Assembly: GCF_033153115.1 (NCBI RefSeq)
Contig: NW_026889803.1
Location: 2,108,001 to 2,172,000, forward strand
DNA length: 64,000 nucleotides
Source: Saccostrea echinata
Lineage: Eukaryota
Reading direction: 5' to 3'
A program made the translations under genes and the position numbers. This document shows positions 1 to 12,950 of this stretch, piece by piece. The notes beneath the pieces are model-generated. The model did no database searches. It worked only from the letters and a program-made list of their open reading frames with translations, and was not told where the DNA came from. How positions within the stretch are numbered: the stretch's first letter is position 1; every line of letters begins with the position of its first letter.

Positions 1-3000
1 TATATAAACTTGCTTCATTATTCTAACATCAGTAAGGAACTAGTCATTCATGTTCAATTTAAACATTGCACACTCTTTTAAATTCATTGACTATTTTTTA
101 TATATTAATGTAGAATAGTCAATGACATCACTGCTTGTTTATAACTGTTCAATATGAATATGTTTTGCCCACGACTTTGCAAATGTAAGAGGTAATCATT
201 ATCCGGAGGCTCCTAAAAGTTGCCTATCAAAATATTATAGAGACTATTTTGGAGAACTCAAGCAATAATACAATTTTATGAGTACCTATGATAAAAAAAT
301 CATCAGTGGTTGAAATTGCATGCACTAATCTGATCTTTACCAAACATTGAAGAGAAATCAACATTCACTGATCAGTTGTCATTACATTTTTGCCAAGACT
401 AATGCCACAATGCACATCATTAGAATGAGATCTTTCAACAAGGGGTTAGTGTGTGCTTAACAAATGTATAATTGCAAGTAGTTTTGCCACTAAAACACTG
501 TTTTTTATGCGAAATTAAATAATTCCTTAACGGTTTTGTCTTCATGTTCACACATTGCTGTCCGTGCTTGCTGATATCCTCTGAGTTGCCTAATTGCATT
601 TTAGTCAATTAATATACCATAACTAGAAAGAACCAATTAAATATGTTCCCTTTATTAAATAGTATTATCACTTCTATCTATATATGTTAAACGGTATTTC
701 AGTTATATGTCATGTGGTTAAATTAAATTATATTTATAAATGCATATTGTAACATGTATTTTGTTGTAGAAACAACAATTGCTTAGACATTTATGTTTAT
801 TTTCAATCAAACTCTTTACATAATGAATAACATATTTTTAGAATTATGAGCTTCATCAAAAATATGAGCAGAATATGAAAATTACAACAACAAAAAAAGA
901 ATTATTTTATTTTCACATGGGTCTTTTGTTAATTAAGGATATATCAGAATATAAAGTCATTCGTAGATTATGGGACTGTATAAGTTCAGGTGAAAACTGT
1001 GCTAACCTTCAACTGAGTAACAACCTACAATGACAAAATACATATAAAAGTAGAGAAGGTTTTATAAAATCATTCACAGCTTGTTAATGGACAGTAAGTG
1101 CACACTGGTACTGTGCATGTCAATTAAGGTATGTTACAGGTAATTAAATGTGAATTATGTCATTTATAGTCGTTTAAAACATTAATGACACAAAATTAAA
1201 ATAGATTTCATGATAGCAAACTGGAACTATGTACACGTTTATTATTTCTGTGTTGTGTTTTTATATATTAATGTAGATGCTGTTTTGTTCTTGTCAAAAT
1301 CTGGAAATTCCATCAGTCTGATAGTCTAAATTAGCTATTCAAGCATACACATTTGCAATTTACGTCAACATGTACAGCTCCGAGTACTTTTTTAAGCTCA
1401 CATGGTTTTTCGCACAAATTAAGGTCACATTCTTCTTATAATAAAAAAAATCAACATTATCAAACTTAAGTATGACAAAATAACCCTGAGATTTATTTTA
1501 TATCTCATTTTAAGTGTACGTGCCTTTTACAATTATTATGTCATGTTTTCAAAGTCGATGTTTTAAAGAGGAGTTTATCAATAAATGGTACGATGTAACA
1601 ACTATATGATTCAACATTTATAGGTATTTACAAATTGGATTAATCGAGCTTCTTTAATACTATTTAGTTATAATTTTTAAATTGACTTCTTAAAGGTTCT
1701 AAGTACTTTGTTCATTTACCATATCGTTCTTGGTCTTGTCGATAGGTAGCACCGAAAAGGGACAACGCTGCGGATAGAAACCATGCCAGAAGGTAGGATA
1801 ATGAAGCATTGCTTATCTTTCAAAATGATAAATTGTTACTATTGAAAGGAAAATTTTTACATTTACAGTTTGAAACTTTGTAATTTTGTAGTGGGAAGGA
1901 TCTCTCATGATGCAAGATTTCAGAAAGTAAATGTGAAAAATGCCAATTTTTTAACATGGAAAGCAGTCGAATAGATGAGAAATACTGTTATCATCTTGCT
2001 CTAATGAATCATGTTAATGTACAGAAAATACAAGTTTTAGGAGCAGTACCTTGTATGTGTCTAGGTGAGAGGAAAAAAAGTCACCCATAGTCAAGATAGA
2101 ATCTTCAAGAGTTTAGCATTTCAGGAAAGGCAATTCATCGCTAGAGTTGAGGAAAAAAGCACTGTAAAATGAAACATGACATCGTCAAGTGAAACAGCTA
2201 TTTCACAGAAGTTATAAGAAAGAGTAAAATAAAGAACCACGTTTCTGCAAAAAGTTACTGCTTTCAAAAGGACAAAGACAGCAGCTACAGGCAAGAAACC
2301 ACAAAAACCATTTGGGTATTGTTATACTATATAAGTTAAGAGTCAATCCAAGTCCTACCTAAAATTATCTGTGAATTATGTTTTAAGTTAGTGAAATTAA
2401 AGTAAAATATGATAAACAATCACTTTTAAAAAATATATTTTGACTTTAATTTGGGCGAAAAACCATGTGAGTTTAAAAAGTGTGCGAAGCTGTATAGAGA
2501 AATGGGTAATAGAGACAACTCATTAGATTGATGCAGTATACTTCGAAGAACATTGTTTAACGACATATTATTATCAAAATAATATGGTTTTTTTATTTTG
2601 AATTTAAAAATCAAACCACTTCAGCATATTTTACGTGTGAAATTAAAAAACAAAAAAAGAACGTTATTCAAATGCATACATTTACATGTAGTTAAATTAT
2701 ATTACCATTACTGTCGGCGTAAATTTAAAACAGCAATTACTACAGTTTGTGATGTTTCTTTTTCTTATAGAATTATGGACAGATGATACAACCAAAAAAT
2801 GGATGCCTGGATTGGTATACATTTTTGGACCTATTTTGGTTGTAAATGATGCAAATAATAAATTTCTAAAATGTTAAGAGATTGTAAACTTTCTCTGATA
2901 TTCAAAATTCTACCTTTCTGTAACCATTCTTTCAATTTGAAATCGTGCCAAAAGTATACCCGATACCTATATTAAATTGAATACTTGTATTATTTTAAAG

Positions 3001-3278
3001 AAGAGGTCAAGAAGATATGAAATACCGATTTCCAAGAGACTGTAGGATATCTCGATACATTTCCTTTCTCTGAGATGGAAAAAAAACTCCCATATTTTTA
3101 ACTGATTTTCTTCATTTTTCATTGAAAATGACAATTCAAAAAATGATTTTTCTTTGAGCTTACCTAAAAATTATTACTTTGTATTGGGTTCATTAAAATT
3201 AACTCTGTTAAAAGGACAGAAAGAACATCATAGTTTTAAAACCGTATCATAAAGTCAGGTGCATGTTTACTGACTATA

Positions 3279-3825
3279 GGCCAACTCACAAATAAATTGT
3301 ATGACAAACGACATGATTTCAGCTTTTCCATCGGCAACTTTCCTTATTTTTAAAACAAATGTAGTAATGCCTATGGTGTTTATGTCTCCCAACTTATTCG
3401 ATACTCAAGAGTATGCTCTGAGTACGATCAATTCTTAAACCGAGGCATGCTACTGGCATATAAATTGATGTTACAGGGATTTCAACAACTTTTAAAGGCA
3501 GCATTTCGTAAAGTCTATGGTCGTTATAATGACCTTATTAACAAATATAACCTATCACTGGGTCGTATTTTGACTGACATATTTCATATCAATTGTTAGG
3601 ACTTTGTTTTTAGACTGAATTTTAATACGGAATATTCCTTCTACCTGATCAATACACGGGTTCAAGGCGGGTGTGAGCGGTCGACAAGGGATGCTTACTC
3701 CTCTTAGGACCTGATCCCACCTTTGGAATTTTCGGGGGTCCATGTTTCATGCCCTGTTCCCAGATTTGTATTGTTTGTAAGTTTTTTTTTTAGATAGATT
3801 ACTGTTTGTTATCATAACCTTTTTC
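3279..3825 (+). mobile_element. Penelope-like (Naiad-type) retroelement 3' fragment, decayed RT C-terminus plus 3' UTR
   Basis: Translates with frameshifts to LYDKRHDFSFSIGNFPY...AYGVYVSQLIRYSRVCSEYDQFLNRGMLLAYKLMLQGFQQ..LKAAFRKVYGRYNDL, a recalled PLE RT thumb/C-terminal signature. Followed by the block GGCGGGTGTGAGCGGTCGACAAGGGATGCTTACTCCTC..CCTGATCCCACCT. Confidence 0.7.
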
Positions 3826-5844
3826 ATGCAGCTCCTTCTTTCATCCTTAGCTGGTAATGCCGATATGATGTTATGATTTTTTAATTCACTTGGCTAACTG
3901 TAGATGCAAAAATTGAAAAGTCTTTGCGAACCACAATATTGTCTGTAGAAAACTTTGGAGTGAAATCTGTCACCCCTGCACTTAAACACTGTCAAAGTTA
4001 TTTACAAGCCAATGATATGACTTATCCATAAATTATATTTCATTCATTTACTTTGTGGAAGTATGATAATTTATGCATGATATCATTGTGTTTATTATTA
4101 TTTCGTGCATATTTTTTTTCGTCCATGAACTTGGTATCTTCTTTGTTTTGAGATGAAAGTAAATTATTACCTGGAGGCAACATAAGATGTTGATGGCTGT
4201 GGTAATTTAGCTATCACAATATAACAGGGAAGTGTGGCTACTACCAACGACAAAGAACATTTGGGAATTTAGCAAAAATTACCATATTATCTGCATACAT
4301 AAGTAAAAATAAATTTAACATCTACAAATTAATATGGGGACAAACCTCAAAATCTATCTCTCGCCGCCAGAGTTATCTAACAATATCTCCTAAACTATCC
4401 CATTTGCCTACAGAGGCTATATTTCAATGGAGTTATATGTACCAAATATATAATTAAACTCTTCCTGGCTAAAATCAACGTATTTCTTTCTTAACTAAGG
4501 ATCACACACACACACGCACATCGCAGCTTATTTATTTTCCTGTGTAAAAACAATGCTTTTGTAAAATTTAAAACAACAATTATGATTATATAATTTTATT
4601 ACAATATGTCAAGATCATCAACATGTATGCATTGATGTAAAATGACGTTTCAGAAATAAAACATCTAACATTACAGTAGTAATAGAAAGACTTTTTTATT
4701 TCTTTAGATTTAATATATAAATATTACATGTAGCTGAGGGTAACATGGAAAAATTTTAACCCAACCATTTAATACTCATAAATTTCTTTGACAAGTAACA
4801 TAGAGCGTCCAGAGCAATGTCTAAAAACCCCGACACATAAGCAAATAAAACGTGAAGTCGGTTCCGTTTTCGATGGAATTAAAGCTAATTTTAATTTTAA
4901 TTTGTAATTTAATTCTGTGTCAGTTATGTTTTTAAATACAATAAATGACACAATTCGCTGATGTGTGATGAATGACCCTAAACTGACATGCACTGTACCA
5001 TCCTGAACTTACTATTTCACTGTCAAGTCATTGATGAATTCATAAAACCTGTACATCTCTTAAATAATTTTTGACATTTATAGGTTGTTACTCAAATAAA
5101 GGTAGGGATCAAATTTTGTCATTAGTGCATGCAATTCCTCTGTTGATCAAATATTTGCTGGTAAGATCATTAAGTGATTATACTGCAGAATGGGGCCTTT
5201 CAGTTAATTAATGTAACAAAAACGTAATAAATTATGTAGCAACGAATTCTGGCTTTACAATAAAGTAGAATTAGAAATTGTTAATAAATTCAAATATGTA
5301 AATCTTTTGTTTAATTATTGCAATTTTTCAAAATTGCAGAAACATGCTGTAGAACAAGGTAGAAAAACACTGTTTACTTTGCTATTTCAAGTGCTAATAG
5401 ACTAAAAGAAATGTGAATGTCACGTAGAACTTTGTTTCCCTTTTTGATACTTATGTATGTAGAGTATTAATTACTCTACAGATCTGAGTTATGGGGTTTC
5501 CACAAATTTTCTGATGTAGAAAAAGTGCATTAAATATTCTTGGCGTTGGCAAGAAAACTTCAAACAATTTAATTTATTCTGTTCTTGGGGATTCCCTTTA
5601 GCTGTTACAATGGAACTTTGAAAATCTAAATACTGGAACACATTAAAATCCACGGAATTCTAATGTCTTGCTAGGAAAATATAGTGCTCCGAAATGACAG
5701 ATTTTGCAAAATTAAATTTGGGTCCTCTTCTCTGTGACTAAATCAGATTTTGAAAGAAGCCATATAGATGATAGAACTTACATAAAATAAAGATTTTAGA
5801 TAAAACTAACCAGTTTACCTCAGACAGCTTTGTCGTTTCTGCTG

Positions 5845-8800
5845 CTGGACTGTGAGACATCAGTTAGGTCCATCCGTCTCCATGCGTTTCATCCCCTAGC
5901 CCGGAACGTCTTCGGGATGGTGGAACAACAGAAGGTGATCAGTCTCTATCTCGGACGGCGTGACTTCCAGCTACTGTCCTCTCTTCTTAGCCACGAGCAC
6001 CTTCATGCCCTCTTGTCTGCCATGACCATGGCGCTAACTGCTCTCATCTTTGTCATTCCATTCATTCCTTGCGCTGCCACCATCCTCCAGCATAATGCTG
6101 CTGGGAACCGCGTACCCCCATTGCTACTGAAAAATTCCACGACTGCCCTCCTGCTTTCCTGTCAACAGATCATTATACTTTGCATGCTTAAGACCTGCAT
6201 AAGTTTGGCTCGTTTCTGGCGTAGTGGGCACATCGGGACTTCAGGTTTGTTGGTGTTGGCGATGCGTCATACACAGCTCTTAAGGTTGATAATCCTCTGT
6301 TCTCTCATATAAAATGTTGCTTTAATGCTTATGATATTCAAAAAGAAATGTATTTTACATGTATATACGTTAATTAAATGCACACAATTTTAGTAGCTTG
6401 CGGGAGCGGGACAAAATTGGTCAAAAAAGACATTTTAACTTGACAAATTTATAAAGGAGAATTATAGACATTCCATTAAGAGTTATCTCTTTTATCAGAG
6501 TATCAATGAACCTTAATAGTAAATGTAGTTTGCGAAGATATCTCTCCATGCAAACACCCTCCGCCCATCTAGTACAAATTTCCCTGGCTTCCTATCTACA
6601 ATACCTTGTGTATCTCGCATCTTCTTCCTGTTGTCGTATCTCCTGCTGGATAGTTTACGTCTATCTCTTGCTGATGTCCTCACTCATCTTATTGAAGACT
6701 CATTGCCAGTCTTCCTTTACAGATGGTCTACGGCGAAGTCATAATTCTGCTTCTGACATTGTATCAATGCTTTTCACTTGTGTCCTGACTGTATTTATAT
6801 AGGCTCCAGCTTCTCTTACTTTTGGGTTTCTGGAGTCGTTGAGGGTCAGTATGAGACCAGCCTTTCCAGTTTTGAATTTCTCTACCACTGATGCGAGAGA
6901 TACTAGTAAACGCATAGGTGCTTGTACCATCATAATACCGCAAGCTTTATTTTTTAAAAACGTTTATTTGACGTTATTTAGGGGGATTTTTCGTATTAAG
7001 CATATTGTTAATATGTGAAGGAAGAATGATTTAAGTCGAAACAAACCAAAATCCCTATGAGTGGAATGTAAATAATCGGGGGGTCCTGTCCGCAAGCACC
7101 TGTGAGTAAACGCAGCTTGGTTGTTTTGAGGTAAAATCCGATTGATGAAATGCGCGCTGTGGTAATCCCTTCCATCGTCGGAGATACCGGTTGACTTTCC
7201 TCTCAATGCCCTCTACAGTTGTAATGGCGATGTTTAAAGCATGAGTGGTCAAATTAATGTGTTTAGAAGTGCATCTTGGAAAATCCACGTTTTAAAATTT
7301 TCCAGGCAAGCCTGTCTTGTCGATGTTAACCAGCCCAATTTTTGTCTCCTGATATTGTTGGCATGCTTCAGGGTATCATCGTTTGCCTCGGCATTTGATG
7401 AGAATGTCAATGATTGATGGTATCTCTTTGCATTATGTCGTTATGACATTATGCAGTCTCCCGCTCTAAATCTTAGATGGATCCTTTCTAGATAGTGCTT
7501 TAAGATTGTGGTGATTTCTCTATGTCAGTGCTCAAGTGCTGTTTCGATGAGCTTAATGTGGAACTGTACAATAGGCGTTTGCCAGATCCAACCAGACACT
7601 TTGTTGTTCTATTTTGTTTCTTTTGCCTGTAATCAGTTGCGAGATGCCCACGCATCCTGGGAACCCTGGTATGTACTCCTTTCTGTACTATTGTATCCAC
7701 GTATCTTTTCTCCACTATGGAGGATCGATCTTTCTTGCAGGCACTGTGAAGAATATCTTGCCTTTCAAGCTGAGGGGTGATAGGATTCTGAAATGCTTAA
7801 TCTCTGCCGAGCTATACTAGTAATCCCTTGGCACAAAACAACCATCTGCTACTTACCATCAGAGTGGTAAGTGACTTTTCCTACAAATGACTCTCATTAG
7901 TCTCCACAGCCTATTGAGAAGTTTGAGACACTTCTTGTTGACCCTGTATGTCATGCCGATTGATCCCGCCCATGCTTTCCTTGCTACTTCTCTTATTTCT
8001 TTCATTGTTAGTTCTTCGGTGGCTATAGTTTCTGGGTGGTAAAACATCCTCTATTTTATTATTCTATCCCAGCAGTTCATCTTTAGCCTCATCTTAGTGT
8101 GTTTCCTTCAAATACTAGTATGCTTCAACCTCATCTCTAAGTTTAGATACATGTAGCTTTCCGGATCTCTTCCTCTCTGACACACTTGAAGCCAACTTAA
8201 TGGATTTCTGGTGAAAGCTGTTCTCTTTCTGTTCTTCTTTCGCTTGTTGTTCTTGAATCTCTTTGCACTCCTGAGTTCTTTTAGTCTCTTCCGGAGGTCA
8301 TTTCTAAATTGACCAAGCCCATCTCTTTTTTCGTCAGTCACTGCTTCGCCTAGCTCCCTGCAGATGTTCATTATTTACCTATTTTTCTATTTAGACTCTT
8401 CTGTCTTGTTGTTTCCTTTCCACTCCGAGCCGTTCCTTGACTAAGATTTATATCATTCTTGTCATGCTCTCACACTTCTCTTCTGGTCCTGTAAGCGTCC
8501 TTTCTAAAAGCCCGTCCATCTCTTCATCAAAAACTTGTTCCATTCACTGCCGTTAATTCTCTCTTCACATCGTCTTGAAGATTCTTTTGGGTGGCTCCTG
8601 GTCCATCATTTGATTCCCTCCTGTCTCCATTAAACAATTGGTTGGGGGTTCTCTGTTCTATTGTGTTGGTCCTGGCTGCGGTCACCAGCTGTTGCTTTGT
8701 GTTCTACCTGTCTCTCACGAGATCCACACTTGGATTATCTTAACTGAGTCCACTGACATTCTTGCATTTGCAGATGGTTTGTACACAGTAGTTGTATCCA

Positions 8801-8915
8801 TTGTCTCTCTCAACGTTCTTTGTACTAGCCTTGTCTTTTCCGGTTGGTCACCTCGGTTGGGTCTTCATCCTCCCTCTCGGGAGACCCTAAGAACTCTCGT
8901 AGCTTTGGTTAAGGT
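5845..8915 (-). mobile_element. Decayed RLE-type non-LTR retrotransposon (Hero/R4-like), near full length
   Basis: Minus-strand fragments KEIREVARKAWAGS..YRVNKKCLKLLNRLWRLMRVI, YVDTIVQKG, TTVEGIERKVNRYLRRWKGLP and VVEKFKTGKAGLILTLNDSRNPKVREAG, plus a Hero-like 3' UTR (ACTGATCACC...GAAAC...ACTGATG). Many stops and frameshifts; boundaries approximate. Confidence 0.7.
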
Positions 8916-9029
8916 ACCATTTTCGATAGGCGTCATATTTATAATATGATATATAATATGTTAGAAAATATTTCAGATTCATCAAAGGGTTACAGTATAG
9001 CACCTTTGGACAAAAATACAGACGCTTAT

Positions 9030-9317
9030 TACCTAAATTTTGGATATCTAATTATCCAGGGGTTTTTTTCAAGTTCGTCACTTGAACTTGAAGATGACTT
9101 CCAGTTCATATTAATATATCCTTTGTTTAATGCTCTAAAAAAGAAATTTTGAAAAAAAAGTCTTATCAAACCAAAATGAGTATCTTCAAATCAAATTAGT
9201 CCAGTTATTAAGTACTAACAATGTTAAAACTCTTTTAAACGGGGAAATTTTTGAATGCTGTCACATTGTTCAGAACTAATTATATTTCTTAAGATATTTT
9301 CATGCATGTATTTTTAT

Positions 9318-9373
<56 letters not shown>

Positions 9374-9498
9374 TGGGAGGGGGGGGGTGAGAGTGTGGGT
9401 GGGTGTGATTGTGAGAGTATGTGTCTGTTTTCATTAATAATATTTTGTATTTGCCATTCTGGTGAGCCAGTTGGCGTAAGGAAATAAAAGAAACTGAT
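9030..9498 (+). mobile_element. LINE 3' fragment (RTE-X/L2-like C-terminal zinc-knuckle region and 3' UTR)
   Basis: ELEDDFQFILIYPLFNALKKKF..LVQLLSTNNVK resembles EDEFHFILICP. Followed by (CT)n(GT)n and a tail ending AATAAAAG. Confidence 0.5.
9319..9374 (+). repeat. Compound (CT)n(GT)n microsatellite
   Basis: Directly visible. Confidence 0.95.
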
Positions 9499-10803
9499 AG
9501 TTATTTATCTCCTTGTCAGCATATTTAGAGTTTCTTAGTCTAATATCATCATGAAATCGAAAGTTAAATTCTGACACACTTCAACGGATACCCACGGTTA
9601 AATTCATTTCTTTATAGAAACAAAATCAACCATGAAGGGATAGGCGATGTTACACACAGTTAAATTAAATTCAGTGAAGACGACTTTTGAAGCATGTTGC
9701 TTTACGTATACATGTATACGTATAAATGTAAAGGTCGCGTCTTTTATTGATTTCGGTCTCATTGGTGCAACATATGGCATATTTCAAAAACGATCTCTAT
9801 TTTATGGGAACGTTTATAACATGTATTTATTTGTGAACTAAATCGATTTTAGTAGTGATTTCACTTACACTGGATACTGTAGACCTTCCTCCAGCTTTAT
9901 TATAGGTATTATCTTGATTGTGAAACTGGAATGACCCTACAGTATGTGGTTCCGACACCAACAGGTTAGAATATTGCTCTGTTTGTATTATGAAATACAT
10001 ACATGGTAAACATTATTTTTATGTATATATTCTTACAACAAAGCTTAAATATACTTATTACTGTTCGTAGTAAATTGAAGTAACATACTAGTATTAGGTC
10101 TAGACCTACATTGAAGTATTGGGTTAACATGCACTAACAGTGTTGCTGGGGTTTGTTGCTCCCTGATGAATACAATTTCAACAAAATTAAATCTGACATT
10201 TCCCTCTGCCTTTAGTGGTGAAAGGAAGGAAATACCAATAAACGCAGAGTGGGATAAAAGAACTAGTTTTAAACACAGCTGTTTGAAAAAAAATATACGA
10301 TTTTTGAATAAAACGTTTATTCTACGTTGTTTTTTTGGATTTCCCATATGAAATACATTATAAATGTAAGTCAGAAAATTAATTTATGAAAGAGGATAGA
10401 TAAAAATATCCTTGGACCCGGTATGTATATTCGGGGTGGGGGTTGGGTGGGATGTCCTGTTCACAAACACATGTGATGTAGAGATGTATAACTCATTTAA
10501 TCTTATATATGTGGACATTCGATGTATGCCTGGTTTTTATGTTCAGACAAGTTAAAAAGGTCTTACCTAACAAACATTTTTATAAAATTACATCAGCTAG
10601 ATTAAGGTGGTGTCCCCGGCCGGCCACCGCCCTCTTTATATCTAAACCGCAGATACAGGCCAGTAGAACGCAGGGGGGGGGGGGTTGTTCCACTTTTTTT
10701 CTGAATATAGTATTTTGCTAAAGTAAATTTTCCTTCAGATGCTGATCCCCCCCCCCAACTTGTTATTGTTGTAAGGTCGAGGACTTGCAAATTCCAGGAT
10801 TTG

Positions 10804-10938
10804 NNNNNNNNNNNNNNNNNNNNNNNNNNNNNNNNNNNNNNNNNNNNNNNNNNNNNNNNNNNNNNNNNNNNNNNNNNNNNNNNNNNNNNNNNNNNNNNNN
10901 NNNNNNNNNNNNNNNNNNNNNNNNNNNNNNNNNNNNNN
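10804..10938. other. Assembly gap (N run)
   Basis: Run of N, next to G-rich/(TG)n sequence. Confidence 1.
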
Positions 10939-10965
10939 TGTGGGGGGAGGGGGGGTTGTGTGGGG

Positions 10966-11002
<37 letters not shown>

Positions 11003-11184
11003 TGTATGACGTGCCGACTGAACACCTTAACTTCCCACATGCAAATGGACACTTCTTGTAAAAGGGAGTTAGAGGGAAGAAATGTTATCTGTTTGACTAA
11101 AAATAACAACTAAACATAGAATCAGACTTAATATGTATCGAAAAAGGTTTATTTCATTCCTTGATTTTTCACATACCAAATGAA

Positions 11185-11566
11185 CACTTAACTGATACAC
11201 AACCAATTGAACACTTTCATTTACACACTATCAACTGAACACTTCTAAAGCACACAGTCAACTGAGCACGTCTGACACACACTGTCATCTAAACACGTAT
11301 AATACACACAGCCAACTAAGCACATTTAGCAACACACAGTCAACTTAACACCACTGATACACACGATCAACTGAGCACGTCTGACACACACTGTCATCTA
11401 AACACATATAATGCACACAGTCAACTAAGCATGTTCAACACACACAGCCAACTATAATCACTTCTTAAAGACATGCATGGTTACCTGTGCACCTCCAACA
11501 CACAGTCAACTAACCACATGTGACACACACAATCAAATAACCATATCTGATACACGCAGTCAACTA
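11185..11566 (+). repeat. Degenerate ~26-27 bp minisatellite (core ACACAGTCAACT)
   Basis: Recurring cacacagtcaact/cacagccaact. The block caactgagcacgtctgacacacactgtcatctaaacac occurs at ~11259 and ~11368. Confidence 0.8.
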
Positions 11567-11610
11567 ATTAAAATCATCTTAAGTATACGATTAGCAATAC
11601 CATCTCCAGA

Positions 11611-11916
11611 GTCACCCGTGTGGCGCAGTGCAGGTTAGAGCGTCTTCTCTAGAGTCGCGAAGTAAGGAGTTGATCCTTACGTCGCGGGTTAGAATCCCAC
11701 TGTGGGACCTAGAGAGCGGTCCTTCGGATGAGACCGTATAAACCGAGGTCCCGTGTCGCAGTAGATGCTGGCACGAAAAGATTCCTCACTGCTAAATTAC
11801 CGTAAGTGTCGAGTACAGGACAGAATTTGCAGCTCTCCACCGACAAGTGGTGACGTTTCCATATAAGTGAACAAATCTCGGGAGAGACGTTAAACAACAT
11901 ACAAACAAACAAACAA
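11611..11916 (+). mobile_element. tRNA-derived V-domain SINE with 12-bp TSD
   Basis: A-box TGGCGCAGTG, B-box-like GGTTAGAATCCC, V-domain GTCCTTCGGATGAGACCGTATAAACCGAGGTCCCG, (AAAC)n tail. TSD ACCATCTCCAGA at 11599-11610 and 11917-11928. Confidence 0.9.
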
Positions 11917-12431
11917 ACCATCTCCAGATAAAGAAAAAATTAACAAGATAGAAATATTACGTCGATCTGCCCCGTAAACATAGTCAGGTATACATATTCT
12001 TTATAGACAAAATTTAGCACATCCCGGAATTCATGATCACCGATCAACCGAATCGTACAAAAAGTACCCACTCATGTGTTTTGGTTTTTCATGGTGAGAA
12101 CACTTACATTGGAAAACGTTTAATTTTGTCAGTTGAAGCACAATGATATCAATAGAAATGAATTTTTTTTTAATTTACTTTGAAAAAGTCCATTAATTTA
12201 TTTTATTCTGAATTTTAGCACAGCCAAGAAATGTAAATAAACATATTTTGAAATATTTTAAGTAACTATATAGATATATTAGGAGACGTTCTACTTTCCA
12301 ATTTTTCCGTTTGCACAACTTTCATTCATCGTGCGTTCAACGTCTGTTCACCATGAGCTCATAATGCGCTCATTTCACAGTTTTGCGTTCAGCGTTCACC
12401 AACCGCTTGCGTTAACTGTTCACAAAGCATT

Positions 12432-12950
12432 GTTTTAAATATATTTTATTGAGTACACAAAAGGATAGGAAACAAGTTCTTAAAACTAACTAGTTATTTT
12501 CCTTATATATTACAATATTTCATGCAAATTAAAGAAAAATAATACAATTGATACAAGTGAAAATGCTATTAAATAACATATCAACTAGAGAATCTACATG
12601 TTTCATCAATAAATATATGAACGTTAACAGCAGCAAATATACTGCTATTTATCTGTAAAGGCAAATTAACATCATTAATAGTAGATTTATATCAATAGTG
12701 ACCAGTTCAAGCATGAACAAGCGATTGAAAAGATTACTTTTTGCATTAGAATAATTTTTGCATGCTAAAAAGAAATGTTACACATCTTCATGTTTTTGAA
12801 CATAAAGGACTATTAATAATTTCCTTTATATAGATCATAGTTTAGTATACAGTAATGTCGTAGCTTAGTATGAATGATATTGATATCTCGCTTTACCGAA
12901 AGAAAAGTAGGATGGTGGATTTTTAATTTTTTGTTATCACCTTAAGAACT
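12432..12950 (-). mobile_element. CR1-group LINE 3' fragment (old)
   Basis: Paralogous to 14837-15360 (shared 3' end AATAAAATAT(A/G)TTTAAAAC, aatctacatgtttcatcaata, atatagatcata). Confidence 0.75.

Noticed and set aside
1885-2320. Protein-like stretch after a putative acceptor
   Set aside because: Multiple stops in every frame and no recognisable family. Cannot be supported beyond a possible relic.
5850-5945. GAAAC/CTGATG motifs in the Hero-like 3' UTR as a hammerhead ribozyme
   Set aside because: There is no complete CUGANGA core and I could not build the three stems. More likely an ordinary 3' stem-loop.
5830-6312. 160-aa plus-strand ORF
   Set aside because: It is the antisense frame of the decayed Hero-like element.
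11185-11566. Conserved core with variable intervening bases as a repeat-spacer array
   Set aside because: The intervening segments are related to each other and show higher-order duplication, so this is an ordinary degenerate minisatellite.
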